DNA of 63,117 bases from Thermodesulfobacteriota bacterium (GCA_024762675.1 JANTGZ010000002.1:1-63117), one strand, 5' to 3'. Counted from the stretch's first letter, positions 53,012 through 63,038 are shown. Numbers and translations are program-made. Notes: generated by a model from the sequence alone, not told the origin.

Positions 53012-54304
53012 ATGTTAAAGAGATATGCCCCCAAAGTTAAAAGTCACAAGGAGCTGGTTGGGCTTCAGCTTGAACGGCTCTCCTGGACTTTAAATCATGT
53101 CTATAGCCATAGTGATTTCTATCGCCGTCATTTTGCTGCGGCCGGCGTTTCTCCTGAGGAGTTTTCGTCGCTGGACGATTTTCGACGTTTCCCTTTAACC
53201 ACTGCCGATGATTTTCGGGACGGCTACCCATTGCCGTTTCAAGCGGTTAGCAACCGAGAAATTGTACGGATTCATGCCTCTTCCGGAACCACTGGCAAGC
53301 GCAAGGTCGTTGCCTATACGCAAAAAGATATCGATGACTGGCTGGAGATGTTTTGTCGTTGTTATGAGATGGCCGGCCTGAGCGAAGAGGATCGAGTGCA
53401 GATCTGTGTCGGATACGGGGTCTGGACGGCAGGGGCTGGTTTCCAGCTCGCCTGTGAGCGCTATGGGGCGATGGCTCTGCCGACCGGGCCGGGAAATCTT
53501 GACATGCAATGTACCTTCCTGGTAGATTTTTCGACTACGGTACTCTGCTGTACTTCATCAATGGCTCTGCTCTTGGCGGAGGAGGTACACCGTCGAGGCT
53601 TGCGTGACCAGATAAGTTTGCGCAAGGTTATCTGCGGCTCTGAACGAACCAGTAAGGCGATGCGTCGGCGTATTGTTGAACTTTTAGGGTTGGAGGAGTT
53701 TTACGACATTCCGGGTTTGACTGAAGTCTACGGCCCTGGTACCGGTTTGAACTGTAGTCAAAGTAGCAATATTCACTATTGGGCTGATTACTATTTCCTC
53801 GAATTTCTCGATCCCGAAACCCTGGAACCGGTGGCTGAAGGCGAAGTCGGTGAGATGGTTTATACAACTCTTTACAAGGAGGCGACCCCACTGGTCAGAT
53901 ATCGCTCTCGTGACCTGGCCCGAGCTGTTCCAGGGCCTTGTCCCTGCGGCTCTATCATGCCGCGACACAGTGAAATTTTAGGGCGTAGTGATGATGTTTT
54001 TATTATTAGGGGGGTCAATGTCTATCCCAGTGAGATCGATTCTGTTCTCTCCGGCATAGCGGGGCTTGGCAGTGAATACCAGATCCACCTTGACCATCAG
54101 GAAGATGGCCGTGATTATTTGAAGCTCAAGGTTGAACGTCAAGTGGGAATAGTCGCAGATCAAGATGGCTCTTTGAGTGGGGAGTTGATAAGTCGCATCA
54201 AGCATCGCCTCATGGTTACCCCTAAGGTCGAGTTGCTGGCTTACGGAGAGCTGCCCCGCAGCGAACGTAAAACCAGAAGAGTTTTTGACCGGCGTTATGA
54301 TTAG
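53012..54304 (+). CDS. paaK: Phenylacetate-CoA ligase-like adenylate-forming enzyme (PaaK / F390 synthetase family)
   Basis: ATG 53012 with a GAGAGGAAAG ribosome-binding site. Motifs IHASSGTTGKRKVV, GPGTG, VRYRSRDL and FIIRGVNVYPSEI. The 52853 start would add an implausible 53-aa leader. Confidence 0.8.
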   Translation: MLKRYAPKVKSHKELVGLQLERLSWTLNHVYSHSDFYRRHFAAAGVSPEEFSSLDDFRRFPLTTADDFRDGYPLPFQAVSNREIVRIHASSGTTGKRKVVAYTQKDIDDWLEMFCRCYEMAGLSEEDRVQICVGYGVWTAGAGFQLACERYGAMALPTGPGNLDMQCTFLVDFSTTVLCCTSSMALLLAEEVHRRGLRDQISLRKVICGSERTSKAMRRRIVELLGLEEFYDIPGLTEVYGPGTGLNCSQSSNIHYWADYYFLEFLDPETLEPVAEGEVGEMVYTTLYKEATPLVRYRSRDLARAVPGPCPCGSIMPRHSEILGRSDDVFIIRGVNVYPSEIDSVLSGIAGLGSEYQIHLDHQEDGRDYLKLKVERQVGIVADQDGSLSGELISRIKHRLMVTPKVELLAYGELPRSERKTRRVFDRRYD

Positions 54305-54325
54305 AGAAAAGGTATTTAGAAGGAA

Positions 54326-54370
54326 GGCCTGCATCCCGGTAAATTTGTTACTTGTGCCGGGACGCAGGCC
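54326..54370. terminator. Long hairpin between convergent genes
   Basis: GGCCTGCATCCCGG / CCGGGACGCAGGCC, 13 of 14 bp paired, with a 17-nt loop. The T-tract is weak. Confidence 0.5.
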
Positions 54371-54393
54371 GCGGGTTTATGAGATTAAGGGTG

Positions 54394-54876
54394 TTACGGA
54401 CTGTCGGATTCAAAAACCTGGTAGGCAAATCCTCCATCGGGACCGCCAACGAAAGCGGTTACGTAGAACTCTTCATCGCCGGTATGAGAAAAAATTACGG
54501 AGCCCCTGTCTGAAGGCAGGGTTTTGGTGCCTTCGCCAGTGTATAGGGTAGAAAGCAGGTCAACCTGCATGGCGTGTCCTGCTATTTCATCGAGGTTGGT
54601 AGAGTAGGTGATGAAGATACCAGGGATTGCAGTTTTGACTGGGGGGTCAAATGACGGTAGATTGTAACCCGAAACTCCTTCATCCGTCGTGAAAGAGAGC
54701 TTCATGTCGGTAATCGGGTCGCCGCTTTTGTTGGTAATCGCAATGCCGGTCCACCAACCATCTCCAGAGACAACATAGGGAACTTCAACCTGTTGTGCCG
54801 AAAGGGCATAGGAGCTGCTCAAAATCAGGGCACACAATAGTGTGGCAGCGATCAACAAAGTCCGTTTTTTCATCAT
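54394..54876 (-). CDS. Secreted hypothetical protein
   Basis: 160 aa. Signal peptide (LLIAATLLCALILSSSYALSA). Beta-rich, with no recognisable motif. Confidence 0.5.
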   Translation of the reverse strand: MMKKRTLLIAATLLCALILSSSYALSAQQVEVPYVVSGDGWWTGIAITNKSGDPITDMKLSFTTDEGVSGYNLPSFDPPVKTAIPGIFITYSTNLDEIAGHAMQVDLLSTLYTGEGTKTLPSDRGSVIFSHTGDEEFYVTAFVGGPDGGFAYQVFESDSP

Positions 54877-55026
54877 TCTTTTCTCCTTTTGCTTTAAAAA
54901 CGTTGATTGATCTTATGAGGTTAATGTATCATAAAAACCTGTGAATGCAACTTTTTTTGTTGAAAACTGCAATGAAATACAAAAAACTAAGCCAGTAAAT
55001 TCAATATCATAATAGGGAGATGAGTT

Positions 55027-55218
55027 ATGCCATACGTCAATATCCGGGTAGCCGGGCAGCTTGAACGTGAACAGAAAGCCGAAATTTGTGAAGGGGTGAC
55101 TGAGGTGATTTCCAGAGTAGCCAATAAACCTAAAGAGTCGATTATAATCTTTATTGATGAAGAGGAGAGTGATAATATCAGTAAGGGTGGGGTGTTGCTT
55201 TCCAGCCTTTCGCAGTAA
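55027..55218 (+). CDS. 4-oxalocrotonate tautomerase family protein
   Basis: 63 aa, MPYVNIRVAG.... Catalytic Pro1 follows the initiator Met, and the size is typical. GGGAGA Shine-Dalgarno sequence. Confidence 0.75.
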   Translation: MPYVNIRVAGQLEREQKAEICEGVTEVISRVANKPKESIIIFIDEEESDNISKGGVLLSSLSQ

Positions 55219-55460
55219 ACTTTAGTGCCTTACAGATTATTTTCTGCACAAAAAAACAAGATTTAATAATCAGAAAATGTTCTGATAAAAGCACTTATTT
55301 GCGGGCCGATAAAGCCCATTTGGGTTGCGGGATAAGTCCCCGCATTCGACCCTTTGCTGCGGTGGAAAAAGGTGTAGCCGATTTTTTTCTTGCAATCCGG
55401 ACAAAATGTGTTATGTTTAATGGGTAGGTCACGAATGTGAACTTATAAAGGGAGTCAGGC

Positions 55461-57266
55461 ATGAAAAAACTGTTCAAATTTTTGTTTATTGCAGGATTGC
55501 TTTTTGTCGGTTTACTTGTCATTGCCGGAATTGTTCTCAAAGTTTATCTTAGCGAAGAGCGTCTGCGTACTCTGATCTTGCCGCCTATGCGTGAGGCTTT
55601 AGGGCGTGAAGTTGAGGTTGCCTCTTTAAAAGTCGATCTTTTCAGTGGCATCAAGGTTGCCGGGATGGTTGTTAAAGAGGCCGACGGCAAAGCTGACTTT
55701 GTTACCGTTAAAGAGTTCAGTCTGGGGTATAGCCTCTGGCCTTTGCTCGAGAAAAGATTGGAGATTAGTCGGGTCAGGATTGACCGGCCATCTATTAAGG
55801 TCTGGCGTAATCAGGAAGGCCTTTACAACTTTAGCAATTTGAGGCCTCTTCAGACTGGAGATAAATCTTCCGGCAGCGAATCGGACAAAAAATCTGCACA
55901 GCCGAAGGAGGCCTCTGACGCCTTGCCCTTGGCCCTGGTGGTGCAACACTGTGAAATTACAGATGCTTCCCTCTCATTTTATGATGAGATGGGAGAGCTT
56001 CCCAAAGTGGATCTGGAAGCAACCCTGAAAAGCCGGTTGGATCTTGGGGACCTCAAACCTGAGTCGATCAACGGTGAAGGCAACCTCAACTTTTCTCTGA
56101 CCGCTGAATACCAATCCCTGACCCCTGAAGTTCAAGGCACGATCGAGTTTGACCGGCAGAAAATGGTATACCGGGTGCTTATCAAGCAGGCAAATGAGGA
56201 GTGTACCGTAAGTGGTTCGGTGAGCGATTTTATGGCGGTCAAGCCGGCGCTAGTTCTTAATCTCGATTCACCTCGACTTGATCTTGCCTATCTTGCGGCG
56301 CTTGGTCAGAAACTTTCAGCTTCCGGCAGTGCCGGCGGGAAACAAGCCCCAGCTAATGCGGGGGCAGCTGTTAATTCCGCTCCGTCGTCCCCGCCGTCAA
56401 TAACGGCCCGCGGAGCGATAGATATAAAACAAGCTGTTTATGAAAACTACAAGGTCGAAAATTTTATCTTGAGCTATAAGTACCAGGATGCTCTTGTGAC
56501 GATAAGTGACCTGCAAGGAGATGTGGCCGATGGTTCAATTGCGGCTGCGGCCACTATCCAACCATTTCTTTCGCAACCCGACTTTCAAGGGAACTTCTCT
56601 TTTTCCGATCTTCAGATGTCCGCTTTAATGGCGATGGCAAAACCTGCTTTAAAGGATAATCTGAGTGGAGCCGGGCATGGTCAATTCAAGTTCAGTGGTC
56701 GGGGGGTTGAAGCCGCAGCCCTTAAAAAGAGTTTATCTGTTGAAGGTGATTACGGTCTACGTCAGGGCGGTCTCGATAAGCTTCCTTTAACCAGGAGCCT
56801 CTCTCAACTTTTAGGACTGCCGGAGTTGGAAAATCTCAAGGTTGCCGATCTGACTGGTAATCTGCGGCTTAAAGATGGTCAGATCGACCTTAATAATTCC
56901 TGGAGTGGAGATCAGCTCAGCGGTCAGGCGCAGGGTAAAATAGGTCTTGATGGTGGTCTCGATCTGCCTCTTAGCCTGGTTTTGAGTAGCTCACTCAGTG
57001 CCAAGATGGCCCAGCGTTATCCATGGGTCAAAGAGACTTTTAATGACAAGCAGGAAGCCGCTGTCAGTCTCGGTTTGGCGGGAACTTTGTCAAGTCCTCG
57101 ATTAAAGCTTGACGAAAAAATGCTACAGGAGCAATTACAGAAAAAGTTGGAGAAAAAACTATTCGAAAAACTGGATGAAAAACTTTCCGGTAAAGAGGGT
57201 GAGGCCGGCAACAAGGCCGGTGAAACTAAGCCTGAGGATGTTTTGCGTCAATTCTTGAAGAAGTAG
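55461..57266 (+). CDS. AsmA-family outer-membrane biogenesis protein
   Basis: 601 aa. N-terminal anchor, long beta-rich repetitive body, and a C-terminal segment (GNLRLKDGQIDLNN...GLAGTLSSPRLKLD) typical of AsmA/AsmA_2. Confidence 0.65.
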   Translation: MKKLFKFLFIAGLLFVGLLVIAGIVLKVYLSEERLRTLILPPMREALGREVEVASLKVDLFSGIKVAGMVVKEADGKADFVTVKEFSLGYSLWPLLEKRLEISRVRIDRPSIKVWRNQEGLYNFSNLRPLQTGDKSSGSESDKKSAQPKEASDALPLALVVQHCEITDASLSFYDEMGELPKVDLEATLKSRLDLGDLKPESINGEGNLNFSLTAEYQSLTPEVQGTIEFDRQKMVYRVLIKQANEECTVSGSVSDFMAVKPALVLNLDSPRLDLAYLAALGQKLSASGSAGGKQAPANAGAAVNSAPSSPPSITARGAIDIKQAVYENYKVENFILSYKYQDALVTISDLQGDVADGSIAAAATIQPFLSQPDFQGNFSFSDLQMSALMAMAKPALKDNLSGAGHGQFKFSGRGVEAAALKKSLSVEGDYGLRQGGLDKLPLTRSLSQLLGLPELENLKVADLTGNLRLKDGQIDLNNSWSGDQLSGQAQGKIGLDGGLDLPLSLVLSSSLSAKMAQRYPWVKETFNDKQEAAVSLGLAGTLSSPRLKLDEKMLQEQLQKKLEKKLFEKLDEKLSGKEGEAGNKAGETKPEDVLRQFLKK

Positions 57267-57364
57267 TGGGCTAAGGCTTGGTGGGGCGGAGGTTTTTTCA
57301 TGTTTACTTTCGCTTTTGCTGACCTTATTAAGAATAGTACTAATTTTTTAAAGGAGGTTAGATC

Positions 57365-57538
57365 ATGGCATTAAGACTCTTATGTATGGATTGTGACTAT
57401 GAAAAACATTTAACTCCGGATCAAAAAGATATCAAAGTTTGTCCCAAATGCGGCAAGACCAATATCCAGGTTTATGATGACGAACTCGACAAAGGAGCCC
57501 ACTGTGCCGGAACGATTAATCCGGTAACCAGAAAGTAG
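57365..57538 (+). CDS. Small zinc-ribbon protein (57 aa; below the ORF-track cut-off)
   Basis: Own translation: MALRLLCMDCDYEKHLTPDQKDIKVCPKCGKTNIQVYDDELDKGAHCAGTINPVTRK. It has a CxxC...CxxC pair, a strong AAAGGAGG ribosome-binding site 7 nt upstream, and a terminator after it. Confidence 0.6.
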   Translation: MALRLLCMDCDYEKHLTPDQKDIKVCPKCGKTNIQVYDDELDKGAHCAGTINPVTRK

Positions 57539-57571
57539 ATTTACAATCAAGGTAGCCTCAATTATTTTGAC

Positions 57572-57604
57572 AAAAAAAAGCGGGTAATTTACCCGTTTTT
57601 TTTT
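57572..57604 (+). terminator. Intrinsic terminator
   Basis: A8 GCGGGT aattt ACCCG T9. A short GC stem flanked by complementary A and T runs. Confidence 0.7.
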
Positions 57605-57816
57605 GTCATCTTGGTTATATCGATTCCAATCTCCAGACCTTCTTATGGTCAACAACAAAAACCGTTGTTACGCCTTTTCTCACTCAGAAGGGTGCAACTG
57701 CAAAACCACCTTTACTTATTTTGGGAAATTTGCTAGTTCTGCCGGCCTGATTGCAATAGTTGCGGGGGAAATTAAACTTCGATCATGTTAGATGTCAGAT
57801 TTTTAGGAGAGATAGA

Positions 57817-58170
57817 ATGGCCGTTATTGTGCAATACATCGTGGTCAGAAATGGAGAGCAGAAGATGACTTTCACCTCCAAGAAAGAGGCCGATGCTTAT
57901 GATAAAATTCTCGATATTTCCGATCAGATGTACACTTTTTTAGAGTCTTCAAAACTTGAGATGAGTGCTGAGCAACTTGAGGAATTATCTTTTTATCTGG
58001 CCAAGAATCGTGAAGCGGCCGTGGGCCTGCTGCGAGGTGGGAAAGCGAAAAGTGATCCGGCTGCAGTTCCGGTTGGCAAACGGGTAGGGTCCAGCCGAAA
58101 AACCGCAAAAACCGCAAAAGCCAAAAAGGCGGCGGCCCCTGCTGCGGGATCGGTTTTGAGCGGAGCATAG
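57817..58170 (+). CDS. yebG: YebG-family DNA-damage-inducible protein
   Basis: MAVIVQYIVVRNGEQKMTFTSKKEADAYDKILD is near-identical in pattern to the E. coli YebG N-terminus. ATG 57817 has a GGAGAG ribosome-binding site. The tail is Lys/Ala-rich. Confidence 0.8.
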   Translation: MAVIVQYIVVRNGEQKMTFTSKKEADAYDKILDISDQMYTFLESSKLEMSAEQLEELSFYLAKNREAAVGLLRGGKAKSDPAAVPVGKRVGSSRKTAKTAKAKKAAAPAAGSVLSGA

Positions 58171-59061
58171 TTGGTTAAGATCTTTAATCTGTATAAAACA
58201 GTCTTGTTGGCGGTTTCTATCTTGCTTGTCTGGGGTGGCAGTGCTTGTCGTCAGCAAGATGCCAAGGCCGATTTTAATTTGAGAAACTTCGTCGATCTGG
58301 CTGGTGCTGGAGTTCGGGTCGGGATTGTCGATCCCGAATTGGGCCCTGCCGGTCGTTATGCCCGGCAGGTTCTGGAAAAGATGCACCCGGCGGAGTCGGA
58401 AACCGCGACGGCCATAGAAAATAATATTGTCACCTATGAGAGCCATGTTCGGGCTCTACTTGATAAGGTTTTACGGCATGAAATTGATGCCGGGTTTGTC
58501 TATCGCAGTGATACCCTGAAGGTTAAGGACGAAATCTCTATTATTGAGGTCCCTGCGCCTTTTACGGTCTCTCCTGAATATGCCCTGGCCCGCATGAAAG
58601 GGGCTGTAGCCCCGGCGGCGGCACTTAATTTTATTAACTGGCTGCTGCTGTCAGAACGAAAAGGCCTCTGGCAGGAGTACGGTTTTCGCCCTCTCTCTGC
58701 ACAATCTCAAAATATCCCGTCTGTCGTGCCAACCTCAAGTACAAGCGATGTTCATGTTGAATTATCAGGCGAGAACCTAAAAGAGCCGCTTAGGATTTTT
58801 GCAGCGGCGGTTTTCTATGATGTTCTGCCGCAATTGGCTAAAGAGTATCGAAATGAGAGCGGGGTTGAAGTAGAATGTGAGTTTGCCGGTTCCGGAAAAC
58901 TCTATCAAAAGCTTCTTCAGGGGGCGGTTGGTGCATGTGGTGCCGATATTTTTCTTTCGGCCGCACCCTCCTATGTTGTTGAGTTGGAACGGCAGGGGCT
59001 GGCCGATAGCGCCCGAATCTTTATGGGGAATGATCTTGTAGTCGCGGTTTCCAGTCGATGA
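58171..59061 (+). CDS. modA: Molybdate/tungstate ABC substrate-binding protein ModA, apparently circularly permuted
   Basis: Residues ~40-165 (VGIVDPELGPAGRYARQVLEKM...IDAGFVYRSD...WQEYGFRP) match the C-terminal half of ModA. Residues ~205-296 (LRIFAAAVFYDVLPQLAKEYRNESGVEVECEFAGSGKLYQKLLQGA..ADIFLSA...GNDLVVAV) match the N-terminal half. A lipoprotein-like signal precedes both. Confidence 0.7.
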   Translation: MVKIFNLYKTVLLAVSILLVWGGSACRQQDAKADFNLRNFVDLAGAGVRVGIVDPELGPAGRYARQVLEKMHPAESETATAIENNIVTYESHVRALLDKVLRHEIDAGFVYRSDTLKVKDEISIIEVPAPFTVSPEYALARMKGAVAPAAALNFINWLLLSERKGLWQEYGFRPLSAQSQNIPSVVPTSSTSDVHVELSGENLKEPLRIFAAAVFYDVLPQLAKEYRNESGVEVECEFAGSGKLYQKLLQGAVGACGADIFLSAAPSYVVELERQGLADSARIFMGNDLVVAVSSR

Positions 59062-59831
59062 AAATCTCCGCCTTTTCCGCCTTCATGACGCTGATCGTGC
59101 TGCTGGCGGGACTCTTTTTCAGTTCGCCTTTTGCCGCCCTGCTTAACTCTTTTGCGGCTGCTGACAGCTTAGGCCAGCTTTTTAACCGTCAGATCTTTAT
59201 TGTGGTTACCACCAGCCTGGTGACAGCTTTGCTGGCAACCGGGTTGGCTGCAGTTGTCGGGACGGTTCTGGGGTACCATTTTACATTTCGCAAAAAGGCC
59301 GGCGGCCGCTGGTTGAAAACCTTCTTTTCTCTGCCTTTAGTCTTGCCGCCGTCGGCAGCCGGTTATATGCTGTTACTCGCATTTGGCCGCTATGGCCTAA
59401 TAGGTGCGCCCCTCTATCAAGCCTTTTCTCTGCAGATAATGTTCACCACAGCGGCCCTGGTTCTGGCTCAGTTTTTTGTTATTACGCCATTGATGATGCA
59501 GGCCGCAAGCTCCGCCTTTCAGCAGGTGCCGGAATCGTTGGTTAAAGCCAGTCACTCTTTGGGTGCAAATGAGTATACGACGTTTGTCAAGGTTCTATTG
59601 CCGCTGTCGCGGCCGGTGCTGGTGGCCGGCGTGATTACCGCTTTTGCCCGGGCAATTGGCGAGTTCGGGGCGACCATGCTGGTGGCCGGGCGCTTGAAAA
59701 CCATACCGATCATGATCTATGTCAAAGCGATGGGTGGTGATGCGGGAGTTGCCGATGGTCTCTCGCTGTTGCTCGTGCTGCTATCATTTATGGTGCTCTT
59801 GCTGGTTAACTTTCTTGGGGAGAAGCGCTGA
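59058..59831 (+). CDS. modB: Molybdate ABC transporter permease ModB
   Basis: 257 aa with 5-6 TM helices and an EAA-like loop (ASHSLGANEYTTFVKVLLPLSRP). ATGA overlap with modA. Confidence 0.8.
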   Translation: MKISAFSAFMTLIVLLAGLFFSSPFAALLNSFAAADSLGQLFNRQIFIVVTTSLVTALLATGLAAVVGTVLGYHFTFRKKAGGRWLKTFFSLPLVLPPSAAGYMLLLAFGRYGLIGAPLYQAFSLQIMFTTAALVLAQFFVITPLMMQAASSAFQQVPESLVKASHSLGANEYTTFVKVLLPLSRPVLVAGVITAFARAIGEFGATMLVAGRLKTIPIMIYVKAMGGDAGVADGLSLLLVLLSFMVLLLVNFLGEKR

Positions 59832-60985
59832 TGGCTCTGATCCTTGAAAATGTTTCACTTGCAATTGACCGGCATCAGATTTTGGAGCAAATCAGTTTTA
59901 AGTTGCCAATTGGTCAGTCGTTGGTGGTCTTGGGGAATTCTGGAGCCGGTAAGAGTAAATTGCTGGAAGTGGTCGCCGGTCTGATCAGTAATCAGGGGGG
60001 TCGGATCATTTTTGCGGGACAAGATATTGGGGCACTCTCTCCGCAGGAGAGAAAGATCGGCTTTGTGTTCCAGGATTATGCCCTCTTTCCAAATTTGACG
60101 GCCGAGGCGAATATTCTTTTTGGTCTGCAGGCTCGCCACGCTCCGGTTCGGGAGCAGGATAGATGGCTTAAGGCCGTTTCCATCGAACTTAAGATTGATC
60201 ACCTGCTTAAGCGTTTTCCGGCCGAGCTCTCCGGTGGTCAGCAGCAACGGGTCGCTCTGGCTCGATGTATGGTGTTACGGCCGGATGTTCTTTTGCTGGA
60301 TGAACCGCTCTCCGCCCTTGATGCCGCCAGTCGTGAGCGATTGGCTCTGCTCATGAAAAAAATTCAGAAAAAATATCGGGTGACGATGCTCTATGTCACC
60401 CATGACCATAATGAAGCCCGCTATATGGGTGATCAAGTACTGGTTATAGACCAGGGCCGGGCCGTTCAGATGGGGCGGCCGGAGGAGATCTTTGCCCGTC
60501 CGGTTTCCCGTTTTGTTGCCCATTTTACAGCGACCAGAAATATTCTGCCGGGACGGATCAAGGAGCGTTGTGGAGATGGCATGGCCCTGGTGAAGGTTGC
60601 CGGTTGCCAGCTCTTGTCAACTTCTTTTCCGGCCCGGGGAGAGGATGTCTGGGTTTGTATGCGGCCGGAGCATCTCAGTTTGATTGGGGCTTTGCCTGAC
60701 ATATCAAATGAATTATCAAATGAAATTTCGGGTGAAACGTTTGATAAAACATCTGGTGATAATCTTATTTCCGGTTATCGAATTTGCCAGATTATTCCCC
60801 AGAGTGGGGCCGCGGTGCTGGTTGAGTTGATGAGACGGGGAGAGCGCTTGATGGTGTTTGCTTCCAGCCGCAGAATTGAAAATCAGGGTCTCCTCAGCAA
60901 TACCGAAGTCGAGCTCGCCGTGGCTGCCCGCCACGTTCACTGCCTGCCGCGGCAACCGGAGGATATTTACTGCCGGCCGGAGTAG
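59831..60985 (+). CDS. modC: Molybdate ABC transporter ATP-binding protein ModC with a C-terminal TOBE-like region
   Basis: Walker A GNSGAGKS, Q-loop, signature LSGGQQQRVALAR, and Walker B LLLDEPLSALD. The C-terminal domain contains a low-complexity insert (DISNELSNEISGETFDKTSGDN). Confidence 0.8.
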   Translation: MALILENVSLAIDRHQILEQISFKLPIGQSLVVLGNSGAGKSKLLEVVAGLISNQGGRIIFAGQDIGALSPQERKIGFVFQDYALFPNLTAEANILFGLQARHAPVREQDRWLKAVSIELKIDHLLKRFPAELSGGQQQRVALARCMVLRPDVLLLDEPLSALDAASRERLALLMKKIQKKYRVTMLYVTHDHNEARYMGDQVLVIDQGRAVQMGRPEEIFARPVSRFVAHFTATRNILPGRIKERCGDGMALVKVAGCQLLSTSFPARGEDVWVCMRPEHLSLIGALPDISNELSNEISGETFDKTSGDNLISGYRICQIIPQSGAAVLVELMRRGERLMVFASSRRIENQGLLSNTEVELAVAARHVHCLPRQPEDIYCRPE

Positions 60986-62041
60986 TTAACGTTTATTATA
61001 CATTTCTTGGTAATACTTTCTATAACTGCCGTCGCGGACCTGGTTGAGCCACTCCTGGTTGTCGAGGTACCAATCGATGGTCATCTCCATACCTTTGGCT
61101 AAATCGGTTTGGGGTTCCCAATCCAGATCCTTTTTAATCTTTTCCGCATCGATGGCGTAGCGCTGATCATGTCCCTGGCGATCACCGACAAACGTGATCA
61201 GCTCCTGGCGTGAACGACCATCAGGCAAAGGCCCTAAGCGGCGATCCAGGGATCTGCATAAAAGTCTGACCAGTTCGATGTTTTCCATCTCATTATGGCC
61301 GCCGATGTTGTAGGTTTCACCAGAGTTGGCAGCTCGCAACACAAGTTCCAGAGCCCGGCAATGATCCTCTACATAGAGCCAGTCGCGGACATTCTTCCCG
61401 TCCCCATAAACCGGCAGGTCGCGCCCCTCGAGGGCGTTGCTGATCATCAGTGGTATCAGTTTTTCAGGAAACTGGTAAGGACCGTAATTGTTTGAACAGT
61501 TGGTGATTAAGGTGTCGAGCTTGTAGGTGTGATGATAGGCTCGAACCAGATGGTCGGCTGAAGCCTTGCTGGCCGCATAAGGGCTGTTGGGGCTGTAGGG
61601 AGTTTCTTCAGTAAAGTAGCCTTCCGCTCCCAGCGAACCGTAGACTTCATCGGTTGAGACCTGAAGAAAACGACACTTGTTGCCTGCCGCACAGTAAGCT
61701 CGAAAGGCCTCCAGCTCTGTAAAAGTGCCGACGATATTGGTCTCGATAAAGGCAGCCGGTCCGGTAATGCTGCGGTCAACATGAGATTCAGCAGCAAAGT
61801 TTACAATAAAGTCCGGTCTCTCCTTCTCCAGCAGTTCATCAATTAGTTTCCGGTCGCCGATATCGCCATGGGCGAAAGTGTAACGGGAATCGTTTTCCAG
61901 ATCCTTGAGGTTTTCAGGGTTGCCGGCGTAGGTGACAGCGTCGAGGTTGATAACCTGATAGTCTGAAAAATCGTCAATCAGCAGGCGGATGAAGTTACTG
62001 CCGATAAAACCAAGCCCACCGGTAACCAGAATTGTTTGCAT
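60986..62041 (-). CDS. rfbB: dTDP-glucose 4,6-dehydratase
   Basis: 351 aa. VTGGLGFIGSNF, STDEVYG and YAASKASADHLVRAY (YxxxK) motifs. Confidence 0.9.
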   Translation of the reverse strand: MQTILVTGGLGFIGSNFIRLLIDDFSDYQVINLDAVTYAGNPENLKDLENDSRYTFAHGDIGDRKLIDELLEKERPDFIVNFAAESHVDRSITGPAAFIETNIVGTFTELEAFRAYCAAGNKCRFLQVSTDEVYGSLGAEGYFTEETPYSPNSPYAASKASADHLVRAYHHTYKLDTLITNCSNNYGPYQFPEKLIPLMISNALEGRDLPVYGDGKNVRDWLYVEDHCRALELVLRAANSGETYNIGGHNEMENIELVRLLCRSLDRRLGPLPDGRSRQELITFVGDRQGHDQRYAIDAEKIKKDLDWEPQTDLAKGMEMTIDWYLDNQEWLNQVRDGSYRKYYQEMYNKR

Positions 62042-62096
62042 GACTTTTGTTATCCTTTTTTGGTTGTAACTTAATTATTGAATTGGGGTTATTACC

Positions 62097-62978
62097 CTAT
62101 ACTTCTCTCTCTTCCTGGAGAATCTCTTCAAGGTAGCTCCGGTAAGGGGAGTTCGGCATCTTTCGCAGGACATTTTCAAGGCCATTCTGGTCAATGAAGC
62201 CCATGCGCCAAGCGACCTCTTCGAGACAGCCGAATTTTAAACCCTGGCGCTGCTCCAGAGTGCCGATGAAGTGGCTCGCTTCGAGCAAGCTTTGATGGGT
62301 TCCGGTATCGAGCCAGGCAACGCCGCGGCCGATCTTTCTGACATTGAGCTCATTTTTTTCGAGGTAGATTCGGTTTAAGTCGGTAATTTCCAGTTCGCCG
62401 CGGGCCGAAGGCTGCATGGCGGCGGCCAGGTCGGCAACCTGGTGGTCGTAGACATAGAGGCCGGGAACCGCGAAATTCGACTTTGGCTGTTGAGGCTTCT
62501 CCTCCAGGCTTATGGCCCGGCCGGTCCGGTCGAATTCAACCACGCCATAGCGTTCCGGGTCTTTGACATAGTAACCGTAGATCAGGGCTCCGCTGGAAAA
62601 GTTGCGAATAGGTTCAAGAAAAAGGTATTTCCCATAGAAGATATTGTCACCAAGAATCAGGCAGACCGGCTGTTTGTCGATGAACTCGCGACCCAGGATA
62701 AAAGCCTGGGCAATGCCTTCAGGTTTATCCTGGACAGTGTAGGATATCTCAATGCCGAGATCGGAGCCGTCACCTAAAAGATCTTTGAAACGTGGCAGGT
62801 CATGAGGGGTTGAGATGATCAGAACCTCGCGGATACCAGCCATTATGATGGTTGACAACGGGTAATAGATCATGGGTTTGTCATAAATCGGCATTAACTG
62901 CTTACTTGCAACTTTTGAAAGCGGGTATAGTCGACTGCCGGCTCCGCCGGCCAGGATAATTCCTTTGCTTACAGACAT
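62097..62978 (-). CDS. rfbA: Glucose-1-phosphate thymidylyltransferase
   Basis: 293 aa. [24 protein letters not shown] and [16 protein letters not shown] motifs. Confidence 0.9.
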   Translation of the reverse strand: MSVSKGIILAGGAGSRLYPLSKVASKQLMPIYDKPMIYYPLSTIIMAGIREVLIISTPHDLPRFKDLLGDGSDLGIEISYTVQDKPEGIAQAFILGREFIDKQPVCLILGDNIFYGKYLFLEPIRNFSSGALIYGYYVKDPERYGVVEFDRTGRAISLEEKPQQPKSNFAVPGLYVYDHQVADLAAAMQPSARGELEITDLNRIYLEKNELNVRKIGRGVAWLDTGTHQSLLEASHFIGTLEQRQGLKFGCLEEVAWRMGFIDQNGLENVLRKMPNSPYRSYLEEILQEEREV

Positions 62979-63038
62979 ATTTGATCTTGCTCCTTAAAAA
63001 ATTTGCTATCCATCAGGCAAATTCTTAACTTAATCTTC

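Noticed and set aside
57640-57670. AACAAC-N7-GTTGTT inverted repeat upstream of yebG as a possible SOS box
   Set aside because: It does not match any LexA-box consensus I know, and it lies ~150 nt upstream of the start. The evidence is too weak to call.
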